The translations under genes were made by a program, and so were the position numbers. From contig OX597820.1 of the NCBI GenBank assembly GCA_951406725.2, positions 119,350,001 through 119,414,000 on the forward strand: DNA of 64,000 bases, written 5' to 3'. Position 1 is the first letter of the stretch; the number at the start of each line of letters is the position of its first letter. Shown piece after piece: positions 1 to 13,689 of the stretch. Source of the DNA: Octopus vulgaris. Taxonomy: Eukaryota. The notes beneath the pieces are model-generated. The model had not been told where the DNA came from, did not search any database, and was given only the letters and a program-made list of their open reading frames with translations.

Positions 1-12
1 ATACATGCATAC

Positions 13-75
<63 letters not shown>

Positions 76-89
76 CTTTTTTTTAGTGT

Positions 90-660
90 GTTTGTGTGTC
101 TGGTGTTGTGGTATTTCTTTGTGTCGGCAAACTAAAAACATCTCAGTAGAGTAAATATTTATCTTCTCTTGGTCTTGTATTTTGTATTTTCGGTGTAATA
201 AATAATGTACCAGCCTAGTAGTGGGGAGTTTTTGCTTATTTTAGATGAGATGTCACATCTGTCATGTTTCGTTGAGTGAAGATTATGATTGTCGGGAGGG
301 GGACGATGCTTGTAGTTACTGTTTTAGTTAGCGAGACCACGGTACAATTATTGTCGTTCCGAAGTGAGGGCCTTAGTGATTATAGGGTAAAAAACACGAG
401 CTACAATGAAAGGAGCATCAGATATGGAGAGTAACCGTATTTTATGGGCCGATATACAGTTTAGATTTCTGCGAATGATAAACGTGATTGTAAGTTCAAA
501 TGTCGTGTCTTGCACCCGAATGTGTCCGTTAGCATTTCCTCTGAAACTGATCCAAGAAGCAATAGAAGAATTCGGCAATTTGGTCTTTTAAGAGATTAAG
601 AAGATGACTAATGTATTTTGTTAAGAGTTTATTTCCACTCTGTCTCATATATTCCCGTTT
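90..660 (-). mobile_element. Degraded Penelope-like element, N-terminal ORF fragment (tentative)
   Basis: Minus-strand reading gives broken patches resembling PLE N-terminal motifs (W..L..S.LLNLL; LL.LG..F..TP); many stops and frameshifts. Confidence 0.3.
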
Positions 661-978
661 AATGATTAATATTCACTACTTGGGCCTCTGTTGCTCACGG
701 TCAGAAATCCTAGTTTACTCTAGTTTCAAAAGCGAGGTCCATTCTTTGGAAACAGCACGATTACACTATTAAGCTTCTGAAAAAGATGTAGGCCTTTCAT
801 TCAGCTGCTTCCGCTCACTGTTCTTCCTCTGTTTTTCCGACTCCTTTCCGAAAGAGGAGCCTTCCTGCATCTTTCTCAAACGTATGTTATAACTATCCTC
901 TCCAATTTGCACCTTTAGCCTAAATGTTTTGCTTTGTTTATCCTCTAATGAGGGCGCAGTGCTGACATAACAAGAGTA

Positions 979-2545
979 TACTGCGTCTCACATTATTAGA
1001 CAAATCAACCCTCTCTTAATAAATAAATGTATATTTGTTCAAAATCAGTTGTTTTCCCACGGACTGTTGGCGAAAACTATCTATGCACATTTTGTTACAA
1101 TAAATCGGATCTGCGCAGACGCCAACAAATGGCGGCCATTTTTGTGACTGGGCAACATTTTCACCGTCACAAATTATTAGGCAAGAATAAGAAAAATAGT
1201 CATTGTGTCAGAACAAACATTTATTTAATTCAACAGCAAAGGTTTGACAAAAGTTATCCATAAAGGACTTAATGGTACACATAATAACACGTCGCAATGA
1301 AAATAATCATGCGATTATTATGTCATACAACTCTTAATGTTTGCTGTATGGCCCTCCACAAGCAATAGCCTTCCTTACACGCTGATCTTTTGAATTTAAC
1401 AAGGTGATGATATCCTCTTGTGTCATGCTTTGTGCAGCATCTACAATAGCATCCCAGAGGGAAACTTTACACGAAAACTGTCGTTCATCTTGGTAAACGC
1501 GCCTCTTCAGAACACTCCATAGTTTCTCGATCGGGTTTAAATCAGGGGAACAAGGTAGCCATGCCATCAAACGATCTCCAGAGAAGCCTGTTTGCGGCAA
1601 GTATTCCTTAGAGTTTTTCGCTGCGTGGCACGGGGCATTATTTTGCACGAAGACCAGCTTTCTTTTGAATTGAAAGTGTTTGCCTTTTGAAACACGGTTG
1701 GACATTAAGAAAGTAACATATGTTTTCTATGTCATCTTAATACCATTTGGGACTTTCCATGGCCCAACCATCATAGTACCAACGATGCCAGCCCAAAACA
1801 TAACCCCAAATCCCCCTGTTGGTGTCTCAAACGATGAGGACGGTTTCCATTGATTGATACCCGACATTTACTGCAGCCATCTGGTTCATCAAGGGTAGCG
1901 CGGCATTCGTCAGTGAGCAGACCCTTTGAAAAGCCTATCTTCATGTATTCTTCTGCCAATTTCAGTCTCTTCTGCTTATGAACAGCCTTCAGAAGGAGCC
2001 TCGTAACAGGTTTAACATTCCTGGCTACTTGCATCATAAGGCGACACCTGGTAGTCTTCGATACGTCTCCCCTGCCACAAAGTTTGAAGACTTCTTCACC
2101 TGTCAAACATGCGTTCTGTACGACTTCCCTTTTCACACGTGACAAAATACGGTTCAAAGCAACCCTCGACTTGCCCTTTTATAGGAGACTACACAAATTT
2201 CTTCACTCTTTGGTGATCTCTTCCCAGTTTTTTGATATTTCTATGGCTGTTTTTCTTTTCCTAAGTTTTGACACGATGGTAGACTTCTCATTCAAGGTAA
2301 GATCGCATTTCTGACCCATAATGACACTTAAATTGAGCACCTGCCTAATAGTTTGGGACTCCATAACTGTTACTGCTACGTGATAATGGCGGCCGTTGGC
2401 TTCTTCTGTGAAGATCCGAATTGTTTTAACAAAATGTGCGCAGATAGGTATTGCCAACAGTCAGTGGGAAAATAACTGGTTTTGAACGAATGTACATTTA
2501 TTTATTGAGAGTAGGTTGATTTGCCTAATAAGGTAGGACGCCGTG
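979..2545 (-). mobile_element. Tc1-like DNA transposon, DD37E/TRT type, with long IR/DR termini and TA target duplication
   Basis: TA at 977-978 and 2546-2547. Imperfect inverted repeats 979-~1140 and ~2385-2545, with inner copies of the TTATTAGGCA motif at ~1174 and ~2342. Transposase remnants inside. Confidence 0.92.
1334..2319 (-). pseudogene. Frameshifted DD37E transposase
   Basis: MGQKCDLTLNEKSTIV... / LTDECRATLDEPDG / FVQNNAPCH...WLPCSPDLNPIEKLW spread over several frames. 37 residues lie between the second D position (mutated to N) and E. Confidence 0.9.
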
Positions 2546-2711
2546 TATGATCTACAACAGTGGTTAGGTCTGACAGGTCCTTACAGACCCTGACTGATTT
2601 TGTGTCAGTTTGTTTCACCCCTTAAGCATACCGATCCGAAAAGTGACGGAGAGACAAATGACAGCGTTGCTTCTGTGCCATTGTTTTTATTTTACTCGTA
2701 TATAACGCTAC

Positions 2712-2823
2712 TATGTGAAGGCAATGGCCATGTGAAGGTAGTGACCATGTGAAGGCAATGGCCATGTGAAGGTAGTGACCATGTGAAGGCAATGGCCATG
2801 TGAAGGCAATGGCCATGTGAAGG
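2712..2823 (+). repeat. 17-bp minisatellite (ATGTGAAGGCAATGGCC / ATGTGAAGGTAGTGACC), about 6.5 units
   Basis: Directly visible tandem units of two alternating variants, abutting the head of an old SINE. Confidence 0.95.
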
Positions 2824-3100
2824 CGCGTGGATATGCGAAGACGCAAGGATGTTCGGCTCAAGATCGTAAGGTCATGAGTTCAATTTTCAGCGACGCGTTG
2901 TGTCCTTGAGGAATACAGTTTGTATTTCAAAAGGCCGGTCTTGCCACACTCTGTGTCACGCTGAATCTCCTTGGAAACTGCATTAAGAGTACACTTGTCC
3001 GTGGAGTGCTCAACCACTTGCACGTTAATTTCATGAGCAGGCTTTTCCGTTGATTGAATCAGCTGGGACCATCGTCGTCGTAACCGACGGAGTGATCCCA
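2822..3100 (+). mobile_element. Old, internally deleted copy of SINE family B
   Basis: Body matches 21725-22107 (tgtatttcaaa.ggccgg...gtcacgctgaat...cgtaaccgacggagtg). Confidence 0.85.
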
Positions 3101-3451
3101 TATAAGGCTACCAAACTCTCAATAAGTGTATGAAGTATCAACTCCGCCTATCAATGCGTCCCTGGTGGGAAGGAAGAAGCAAACATGTGCTCTTTTGTCA
3201 ATCTACTTGAAAATAAAAATAGAAAAATAATTTGTAGTGCGCATAATCTACACAAAAGACTAAACCCTAAAATATACGGGGGTAACAATTAAATGAAGTC
3301 CCCCCAAGAAAGAAAATCTAGGGGATATACACTTCTAGACAACAATGCCATACGCACGTGACGGATAAGCATTTTCACCTCGTGGTTTAGTAGAAACTTG
3401 TAAAAGACTGTTGTGAACATGGTTATGATAAAATAATGATGATAGTTAATA

Positions 3452-4320
<869 letters not shown>

Positions 4321-5374
4321 TAGTTTCTCATACGTTTTCTTTCTCTAAATCTGTGTAAATATCTATTTCTGTGTACGTATCTGTTCTGGCGTTTTGTGTA
4401 TATTTCTACATTTCTCTTAGCCAACTATAATTCATTTCTGTTACTTTCCCCAATAAATGCCCTCAGGATGCACTCTGATTCTTGGAAATATAGGCATGGA
4501 AGTTGCTTTTAGATTTTATGTTCTAACACCCCGGAGTTTTGATAGAACTTAGTTATCTAGTACCTCCCATTGATAATTTCTATTTTATTCTTCACTTTCT
4601 TAACATCAGTAACCTGATAATAATTCATACCTTTCCATCATTTCTAAAGCATTCTAAACAACCTCAAGATATGATAGATTGAATACGCATACTATGAATT
4701 TTTTCCCCTGGGTTCTCTAAATTTCACTGAAGTACCGAATATACTTCAACTACTTAATACTAGAGTAATTTAACGATTAAATGTGAAACATTTAATTTTC
4801 ACAAGATCTTAAGAACATTACTTTATTCATAACATCAACTGGATTATTATTTATATTTACCCTGAGCGCCGTGGGCAATGAGCTCACAGTAATGATGGTA
4901 TTCTACAGGGTGTAGAATATATCTCTTGCAACTGTATCTTTACCATTTCTTTGATTTATTGAAAGCAGGTTGCCCAGTATTCTTTATTAGACTCTACAAT
5001 CTTCCTTCCAGCACACGTTTGTCTACAGACGTCTATATTCAGATAACGAAACTGATAATATACCTATAAAATCTGACTTACAGCAGTTTCTGAAGGTCTG
5101 AAATAGTTATAAACTGCATCTGTTTTCTTTACTCTGATGGAGAAATTTTTTTTAGCTATTGTAAGAATTATCAGACAAATAAACCCTCACCTCCGGTAAC
5201 AAATAAGCTTTTGAGTAGAGCTTCAGAGGACATTTAAACATGGAGTGATGGACTTTGAAAATCAAGTTGGCAAATGCAGTTTTAGTGAAAAGCAGAACGC
5301 AGACTTAAAACCAATATGAAATTAAAGGAGCGAAAATTTGAGTTTGAAGTAGAATATGAACGCAGGTTCCACTT

Positions 5375-5825
5375 GTCAAGTCTCTCAAATCTAAGTAGAG
5401 ACTTCAAACTTGAAATCTTCAAAGCCACAGTCGAACCAATTCTACTATATGGCTCAGAAACCTGGACGTTATCAAAGAAGCTTGAGAGGCGGTTGGATGG
5501 AACCTACACTCGCCTCCTTATGAGAGCTCAAAATCTCTCGTGGAAGCGTCATTAAACCAAAATGCAAATATATGGGAAACTACCACCTGTGTCATCTCTT
5601 GTGAAAGGTAGGAGAATCCAGTTTGCTGGACATTGTTGTAGAGCTGAAAAAGAGGCAATTTCTACTCTTCTCCTCTGGAAGCCATCTACTCGCAATACCA
5701 GAGGGCGCACACTCTCCTATCCTGATGTAATCTCCAGGGATACAGGCATCCAGCAACAGAACCTCCGTAGTGCCATGATGGACCGTGAAGTCTGGCGTAG
5801 CATGGGAAATTCCAATGATAATGAT
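5375..5825 (+). mobile_element. RTE-clade LINE, 3' fragment (RT C-terminus)
   Basis: FKATVEPILLYGSETWTL...RRIQFAGHC...AMMDREVWR; one in-frame stop at ~5553. Confidence 0.9.
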
Positions 5826-6235
5826 CCTCTTGTCAACTAAATACATTCTAAGCATCAAATCAACATGGGCGTTGGTCTTGCTGCAAAATTAATGAATGTA
5901 TCTTATAATACCAGGTTTCTTAGATTGGTCTCTGTGCAACATATGATGCTAGCGTATCTATCACACAGTGGCGTTGTCAGTAACTGAACGAACAACCCGA
6001 AAACCCAGTCTGGTAAGGAGGGTTGCTAGAAAATTAGGGATACAGGTGTAAGTGGAATATTTCCATTACAGTATATCATAGGTAGCTGAGTCTTATATAT
6101 TGCGTTAGAAAAGCAGGAGTAAACATGAGGCAGAATCTCATGGAAACAGGACATTTAATGTATCATATTGTAGTTACGTACGTTACATGTATTCCGGTGA
6201 GTGTCTATGTTCCCATTTAAGCTTACCGTAAGTAA

Positions 6236-6401
6236 GGCGCAGGAGTGGCTGTGTGGTATGTAGCTTGCTAACCAACCACATGGTTCCGGGTTCAGTCCCA
6301 CTGCGTGGCATATTGGACAAGTGTCTTCTGCTATAGCCCCCGGGCCGACCAATGCCTTGTGAGTGGATTTGGTAGACGGAAACTGAAAAAAGCCTGTCGT
6401 A

Positions 6402-6466
<65 letters not shown>

Positions 6467-6677
6467 GTGTGTGTGTGTGTTTGTCCCCTAGCATTGCTTG
6501 ACAACCTAAGCTGGTGTGTTTACGTCCCCGTCACTTAGCGGTTCGGCAAAAGAGACCGATAGAATAAGTACTGGGCTTACAAAGAATAAGTCCCGGAGTC
6601 GATTTGCTCGACTAAAGGCGGTGCTCCAGGATGGCCGCAGTCAAATGACTGAGACAAGTAAAAGAGTAAAAGAGTAA
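6236..6677 (+). mobile_element. tRNA-derived SINE family A (internal microsatellite, AAAAGAGT tail)
   Basis: A-box (tggctgtgtgg) and B-box (ggttcagtcc) head; internal (TA)n(TG)n; matches several other copies in the window. Confidence 0.93.
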
Positions 6678-7273
6678 GTGTTAAACTATAGAAAGGGGGA
6701 ATCACACTTATGTTGAACACTTCAAGGAATTCGATGACCAATATCAATGCTTTTGTTCGACAAAGTACGCGCCAGGTTAGATTATATAAGTGGGAGGACA
6801 GAGTGTAGTTCATACTGTATAAACGGAATTTACACAATTTAAAACATTTTTCTGCACGCTGCTCACTAGGAAACAAACAGTTTTTAAAAATTCTGCTTGT
6901 TATCATTGAAGCGTTCTGAATCGAACACGAAGCAGAACTCCACAACATCCATAGTTTCTCGCTTCGAAGAGTTGACGATAATCGAAGTATAAAGAAGAGC
7001 AATGGTAGCTGGTCGTGCGCTCTGTTGCATTTTGTTGTTTGCTCAAATAGAGGCACAAAATTTAGTGGTTTATGCATGAACGTGAGCTATCCCAAATTGT
7101 TGAAAATATTACTAGAATGCAGAAAATAAATAAATAAATTCACAGTAATATGTACCTAAACACACATACACACACACACACTCACAGTATATTAATACGT
7201 GTTTTTAAAACAAACGAAATGGTGCTATACATGACTACCTAAGGATAGAAATGTTATGTCCTTTATGGTAGAT

Positions 7274-7661
7274 GATGGAAGCACTCCGTCGGTTACGACG
7301 ACGAGGGTTCCGGTTGATCCGAATCAACCGAACAGCCTGCTCGTGAAATTAACGTGTAAGTGGCTGAGCACTCCACAGACACGTCTACCCTTAACGTAGT
7401 TCTCGGGGATATTCAGCGTGACACAGAGAGTGACAAGGCCGGCCCTTTCAAATACAGGTACAACAGGAACAGGAAGTAAGAGTGAGAGAAAGTTGTGGTG
7501 AAAGAGTACAGCGGGGATCACCACCATCCCCTGCCGGAGCCTCGTGGAGCTTTAGGTGTTTTCGCTCATTAAACACTCACAACGCCCGGTCTGGGAATCG
7601 AAACCGCGATCCTATGACCGCGCGAGTCCGCTGCCCTAACCATTGGGCCATTGCGCCTCCA
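7274..7661 (-). mobile_element. tRNA-derived SINE family B, full length
   Basis: Reverse complement of 21725-22107; 13-bp TSD CTTTATGGTAGAT (7261-7273, 7662-7674). Confidence 0.95.
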
Positions 7662-8239
7662 CTTTATGGTAGATAACGAATAACGAAAGAGAAAAATCTT
7701 AAGTATGTATATTCTTTGCATCTTATTTGTTCCTAAATTTCGCCTTCAAGCTTCTAAACCCGACAAATATTATAAACAAAGAGTTATCTCGCTTGCAGGT
7801 GAATTTAATACGATTTAACACTTAGGCTTCTTTTGATAAATGGAAAATAATGCAAGTTGACGCTTCCATCTTGGTTACACCAAATAAAGAACATGTGAGA
7901 GACAGCTGTTGTGAACCTGGGGTAATCTATGTTGTTTTATACTTCACCACACTGGGAACCCTCTCTGCATTGGATATTGAGCCTATTGTCGACGGTGGAA
8001 TACGTACCATGAGTGTACTTCTGTGTGACTGTGAATACACGTTGTGCATTCGGTCAGTATTTGTGAATGTGTGCAAGAATGGTGAGACAAATTCGGATTC
8101 ACTTTAAGAACAACACGTGTGTCCGTACACATTGCTAATGATTCACTATCATTGTTTCCGACTCTCAACCTTGGTGCCTTTGCTATTTTAGCACCACACA
8201 CACACACGCGCATGCGCGCGCGTATTCTTTTACACTTCA

Positions 8240-8342
8240 CTCTTTCACTTGTTTCAGTAATTCGACTGCGGCCACGTTGGAACAGGACATGGAAGGGTTT
8301 TAATCGAATACATCGAGCCCCAGGTCTTACTCGTTAAAGCCT
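8240..8342 (-). mobile_element. SINE family A, 3' fragment
   Basis: cacttgtttcagt..ttcgactgcggccac...tcga...catcga.cccca matches the family A tail. Confidence 0.65.
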
Positions 8343-9750
8343 AGGAGTGGATGAAAGCATATGTTACAATTGTGCCTCTGACAAAACAGGTGTCACTAAA
8401 GAATATTACGAACGAATAAAGAAAATTTGGACCTCGGAACTCTCTGCATTCAATAAAACCGTGGCCCACAATGTGTTTGAAGTGCCAGTACTCATACCGA
8501 CATGTGGGTTTCTTGACTGGACACCCTTGATAGGACGCTTGATATATTGGACGCTTCATTGAACGCCTGATGAGATCCGATCCATTGATGTGAAAATCCG
8601 GAGGATACTAACCAGTACACATAATCTCCAAATGAAGTGACGTAGACCGCCTCTGCCTAAAACGAAAACAAGGCAGTAGAGGTTTAACATCGTTTCAAAA
8701 TGCCTTTGAATGTCATATCGTATCCCTTCGGCAACATCTTTTAACTATCAAGTGTCGAAGTGTATCCCTTGACCAAGTTTGCAAACATGAGGCCGATAAC
8801 ATCATAAGACTTGGAAGGCAGCTCAATGAGCTGCATTCGTTGTCTGATAACTAAAATACATGTCCAAAGAAGTCGCACAACTCTCTCTGCCGCAACGTAT
8901 CATCAGACGAAAGGATGGGCGTATATGAGCAGAAGACCATGCATGGATATGTTAGTAGAAAGATTCCGGATCATAGTAACATTGATCATCAAAGCGGTCT
9001 ACCATGGACTAAGAACAGGATTACTATCTCCTGCTTTCAAGGAAATGTGTTTGCAATCCAGGAACAAGAAATGTGAACCAAATACCTGATGCACAAAAGG
9101 GACAGAAATGTAAGAACAGCAGCAAAATAAGACAACCAGTGCAGACTTTGTGGAGTTAACACCGAACCACGGCAGGAAATGTCATTAAAGTATTATCTAT
9201 TGATGAGACATAATGTTGTGGCTAGGACACTGCATAACGAGACCCGTCGAAGGGACAAACCCGACGACAAAGAAATAAGAACCCACAGTATGATGGGAGC
9301 CACAGCTATTCATAATAAAAGGGAGTACTGGTAGAATGTCCCAGTGAAAACCCCTATAAAATGTAATCGCAACAAACCAGATATATTGATTTGGGACACA
9401 GAAGAGAAAGTGTGTTCAGTTGTGGAAATTAGCTGCCCAGCGGATGTTAACATAAAGCTGAAGATCAATGAAAAGGGGAATACCTGAATTATTGAGCAAT
9501 CTGCAGTTACCCTATCCAGATTACAACTTCGACTTGTAATTATTAGGGCACTGTGATTTGTAACGTGCTGTCTAAATAACAATCCTGAGAATTTAGTCTC
9601 CTCAAAATCAGAAGGGAGAAAGTTGATTTGAAGACTGCAGCCCCAAGCCATCACTGGAACTGTAAAAATCTGCAAAACTTTCCGAGAAGTTTAACATTTA
9701 AGTATATATGAGCATGTCTTAATACGCAATTCTATGCACCTATATCTGCA
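8340..9750 (+). mobile_element. R4/Dong-like non-LTR retrotransposon 3' half (RT thumb, CCHC remnant, restriction-like endonuclease), degraded
   Basis: LGVDE...KEYYERIKKIWTSELSAFNKTVAHNVF; DVDR...RGL; CRLC...RHNVVARTLH; NKPDILIWD...VEISCP; AITGTVKICKTF. Confidence 0.88.
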
Positions 9751-10223
9751 CCTATATACACACATTGGAGGAAATTGAATAATATCATGCACTTAGCGTA
9801 TTATTTGCTTTTCTGAAATCTGTTTTTTTTCTTATACAATTATCAGAACCATTTGTGGCAACAATTAAATTAATTCACACACTAGTGTTTAATATTTGTA
9901 ATATAATGATCAAATTCTTGTAGGAATGCAGTAAACTTGACTGAAGTGGAATAGTGTGGGTCGACATTGTACTGGACTCTGAATAGATGAAGAATAAAAT
10001 CAACGCAATTTGGTTTGAGCACAAATGAATACTATTTCTACCGCTAATCTCATTTCATAAATGTACATCCTTCTAATGTTTTAGACATCAATATACATCA
10101 TGAAACTTATGATTCAGACACAGGTTGCAACAAGTTTATTTTAGTTTTGTCCATAAGTTTTTAGGAATATGATAAGATATGATATATATATACATATATA
10201 TATAATATTTCACCATATTCCTA

Positions 10224-10224
<1 letters not shown>

Positions 10225-10283
<59 letters not shown>

Positions 10284-10570
10284 TAGTACTTATATACATT
10301 TACATACAGCTATATATATTCATGTATATAAATACATAAATACACATATATACAAACATACATACAAATATATATATATATATATATATATTTGTACATA
10401 TATACATTTACATACAGATATATATTCATGTATATAAATATATAAATACACATACATGGATACATACATACATACATGCATATATACATACATACATACA
10501 TACATACTTACATGCATACATACATGCATACATACATGCATACATAAATACATACATACATGTGTATATG
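10225..10570. repeat. (CA)n/(TA)n/(TACA)n compound microsatellite
   Basis: Visible. Confidence 0.95.
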
Positions 10571-11657
10571 TTTGTACGTTTTGTATGTAAATTAACTAAC
10601 CAAAGGATTGAAGTAACGCCTAACAGAGAAACCGTTATATCTAAGCCTTAACGAGCAATTTTTTTCACTACCATCTTTCCAGTAGGGATTTCCAAATTTC
10701 AGAAATTCAGTCAACAATTACCACATATTCATATTTAAGGTTTATCCCGAAAACGAATAAGAAACTTCTATTTTCTGAATATATTTTATTAATTTAAAAA
10801 TAATTAACTCTGAAGTGAAATGAAAAATAGAATTAAATGTTGAAATTCATTAATTAGATGATCTCTTATACCAACCTACATTAAATCCTGAAAACAATTA
10901 TCAATGTTAATTACCCTGAAGCTAATTTCCTATATTAATTTCTCTGATTAGAGAGAGATTCGTAGATATAATTAAACGGAACACAACACACAAGGTATCA
11001 GAGATGGAAATATAAAGTCCAAACAAACAATATTTGAACTCAAAGTGTAGCGATAGAGATGGAATGACAAACAGATCTAAAGTTTTAGCTAGTGAACAAC
11101 ACTGATGTTTCTGCCACTCCACTGGTTTTCCAAAGCATAATATTAAATCTCTCTTAGATTTCCATCTATCTAGATTCCCCACATTTCGATTAATTCAACA
11201 AATCGCAGAGAGTAAATAAGCCAGGTTTATTTCGATCCATCTAAATGACCATATCACCCTTTCCAAACTTAACAAATCTATTTTCTTTTCACTCCAACAA
11301 ATTTCCCATTCATTCATCCATCATTCAATGCACAATTTCTTCAAGCTATCTATATAATCGGCTATACAGTGATATATCATGCTTCCGGTGTATCTACTAT
11401 TCAGGCCATACATACATGCATCCATAAATCCATCTACATACGTCCGTCTCTATATCCAGCACTTCAACAATCTATCAATCCATGCAGACATCTTACCATC
11501 ACTCCAGCGGTTCACTTCAACCACTCATTAATCAAATCTATCTATCTTTCTATCTATCTACCTATGTCCGTTTCTCTATCTGTCTCATTCTCTCTCTCAT
11601 TCGTCTCTCAATGTATGTATGAATGTATATATGTCTGTCTGTCTGTATATATATATA

Positions 11658-11697
<40 letters not shown>

Positions 11698-11700
11698 TAT

Positions 11701-11768
<68 letters not shown>

Positions 11769-11919
11769 GTATATTTGTACATATACATATACACATAGTA
11801 TTATGTCTGTTTGATTATATATGCACGTGTTCATATGTGTGTGGGCGTGTAAGCGTGCGTGTGCATAATTCGTATTATCCCTATCGCTGATTTTACAAAG
11901 TAAATGAAATTTCATACAG

Positions 11920-12057
11920 AGTGTATTCCATAAAGATCATTGGCTGAAATCCGACCGTTACTTCTTCAGGAATAGCCACAGCAGTTTATTTGAACATTAT
12001 TTTTGCAATGCTGGCGAGAGACTTGGTTTTTGCATTAGCGTATTAAAAACCATGGAA
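11920..12057 (+). CDS. Candidate internal coding exon (138 nt, phase 0-0): [46 protein letters not shown]
   Basis: Acceptor tttcatacAG, possible branch site gctgat ~30 nt upstream, donor GAA|GTAAGT. Only one frame is open across the exon. Non-repetitive sequence; protein not recognised. Confidence 0.45.
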
Positions 12058-12128
12058 GTAAGTATATAAAATTTCATATTAAAATTAATGGTTTGATGAA
12101 TTTTTGAAATGTGGCTGATTCTAGGAAC

Positions 12129-12560
12129 TTTTCTCTTTTATTCTCTTTTACTTGTTTCAACCATTTGATTGCGGCCATGCTGGAGTACCACTTTTAGTCG
12201 AACATATCGACCCCGGGATATAAGCCTAGTACTTATTCTATCGGTCTCTTTTGCCGAAACGCTAAGTGACGGGGACATAAACACTCCGCCATCGGTTGTA
12301 AAGCAATGCTAGGGGAATAAACATACACACACAAACACATACACACACTCACACACACACACATACACACACACACACACATATATATACATATATACGA
12401 CGGGCTTCTTTCAGTTTCCGTCTACCAAATCCACTCACAAGGCTTTGGTCGGCCCGAGGCTATAGTAGAAGACACTTGCCCAAGGTGCCACACAGTGGGA
12501 CTGAACCTGGAACCACGTGGTTGGTAAGCAAGCTACTTACCACACAGCCACTGCTGCGCC
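12129..12560 (-). mobile_element. SINE family A
   Basis: Reverse complement of the 6236 and 60297 copies, with internal (CA)n(TA)n. Confidence 0.93.
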
Positions 12561-12952
12561 TATTTAAAATTTACAGTAAACTCATTCCAATACTAACCAC
12601 ATTTTATAGTTTATCATCTTTCTCATATTGTTTTGATTAAACCCAAGGGAAATAAAACACATCTAATGTTGTATATCAACAGGTAATGAGCTATGGCACC
12701 ATAAACTTATTTCTCTAATGCGACACCAGAAATTCTAGGCGCCATTGTAAAAAAATTCACAATATATATATTGTAAAATTTTCTCATTGAATAGTTGTCT
12801 ATTATTATTTGATGATTTTCCAGATATTTTTCTGGATATGAAATTTGAAATCAAGTGTCGTTGTATAATCACTATTAGGGTCATACGAATAAATATTTCA
12901 ATATTCTTTATGATTTGAGTATTCTTAATTTGCTGATGGCTACGCAGTCTTA

Positions 12953-13003
<51 letters not shown>

Positions 13004-13435
13004 ATACATACATACATGCAAATACCCATACAGACTTACACAGACACATATGTATAGAGGGATAGAGAATAGAGAGCGAGAATGAGCGGAAGAGAGAGGG
13101 AGAGAGAAATATTCGTGTCTAATTTTCATTCCATCATGCCTAACATTCTATCTATTGATTTATTTAGTTCTCATTTATCAACTTCTTCATATCACATGGC
13201 TTAGCCATCTCACAGCGCCCATCCATCATCTTTTACGAACACCATTCAATATCAGAGTCCGTTCTGATTATGATCAGAATATCTACAACGGACACATGAG
13301 CAATCGCTTTGAATGCATCGTTCTGGTACTCGACGTTCCGAATTCCAATCCCACGGAGGTCGGCAATGCCTTCATTTCTTCGCATTCGTTAAATAAAACA
13401 CCAACTTTGTCCTGTATCATATATTTTCTTTCTTT

Positions 13436-13620
13436 ACTCTTTTACTTGTTTCAGTCATTTGACTGCGGCCATGCTGGAGCACCGCCTTTAGTCGAGCAAA
13501 TCGACCCCGGGACTTATTCTTTGTAAGCCCAGTACTTATTCTATCGGTCTCTTTTGCCGAACCGCTAAGTGACGGGGACGTAAACATACCAGCATCAGTT
13601 GTCAAGCAATGCTAGGGGGA

Positions 13621-13689
<69 letters not shown>

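Larger units (their letters stand above)
660..2710 (+). mobile_element. PLE 3' region/pLTR with degenerate hammerhead, split by the Tc1-like insertion at 979-2545
   Basis: tttgtttatcc(933-943)-t-CTAATGA-ggg lies before the transposon; tcc-GAAA-agtgac-ggagagacaaa(2635-2658) lies after it. The two outer segments are complementary (helix I). Confidence 0.4.

Noticed and set aside
7860-8190. Solo-LTR-like stretch containing AATAAA
   Set aside because: No TG...CA ends with TSD identified and no second copy.
8565-8596. CTGATGAG...GAAA hammerhead-like text
   Set aside because: Lies in RT coding sequence (DEIRSIDVK) with no convincing helices.
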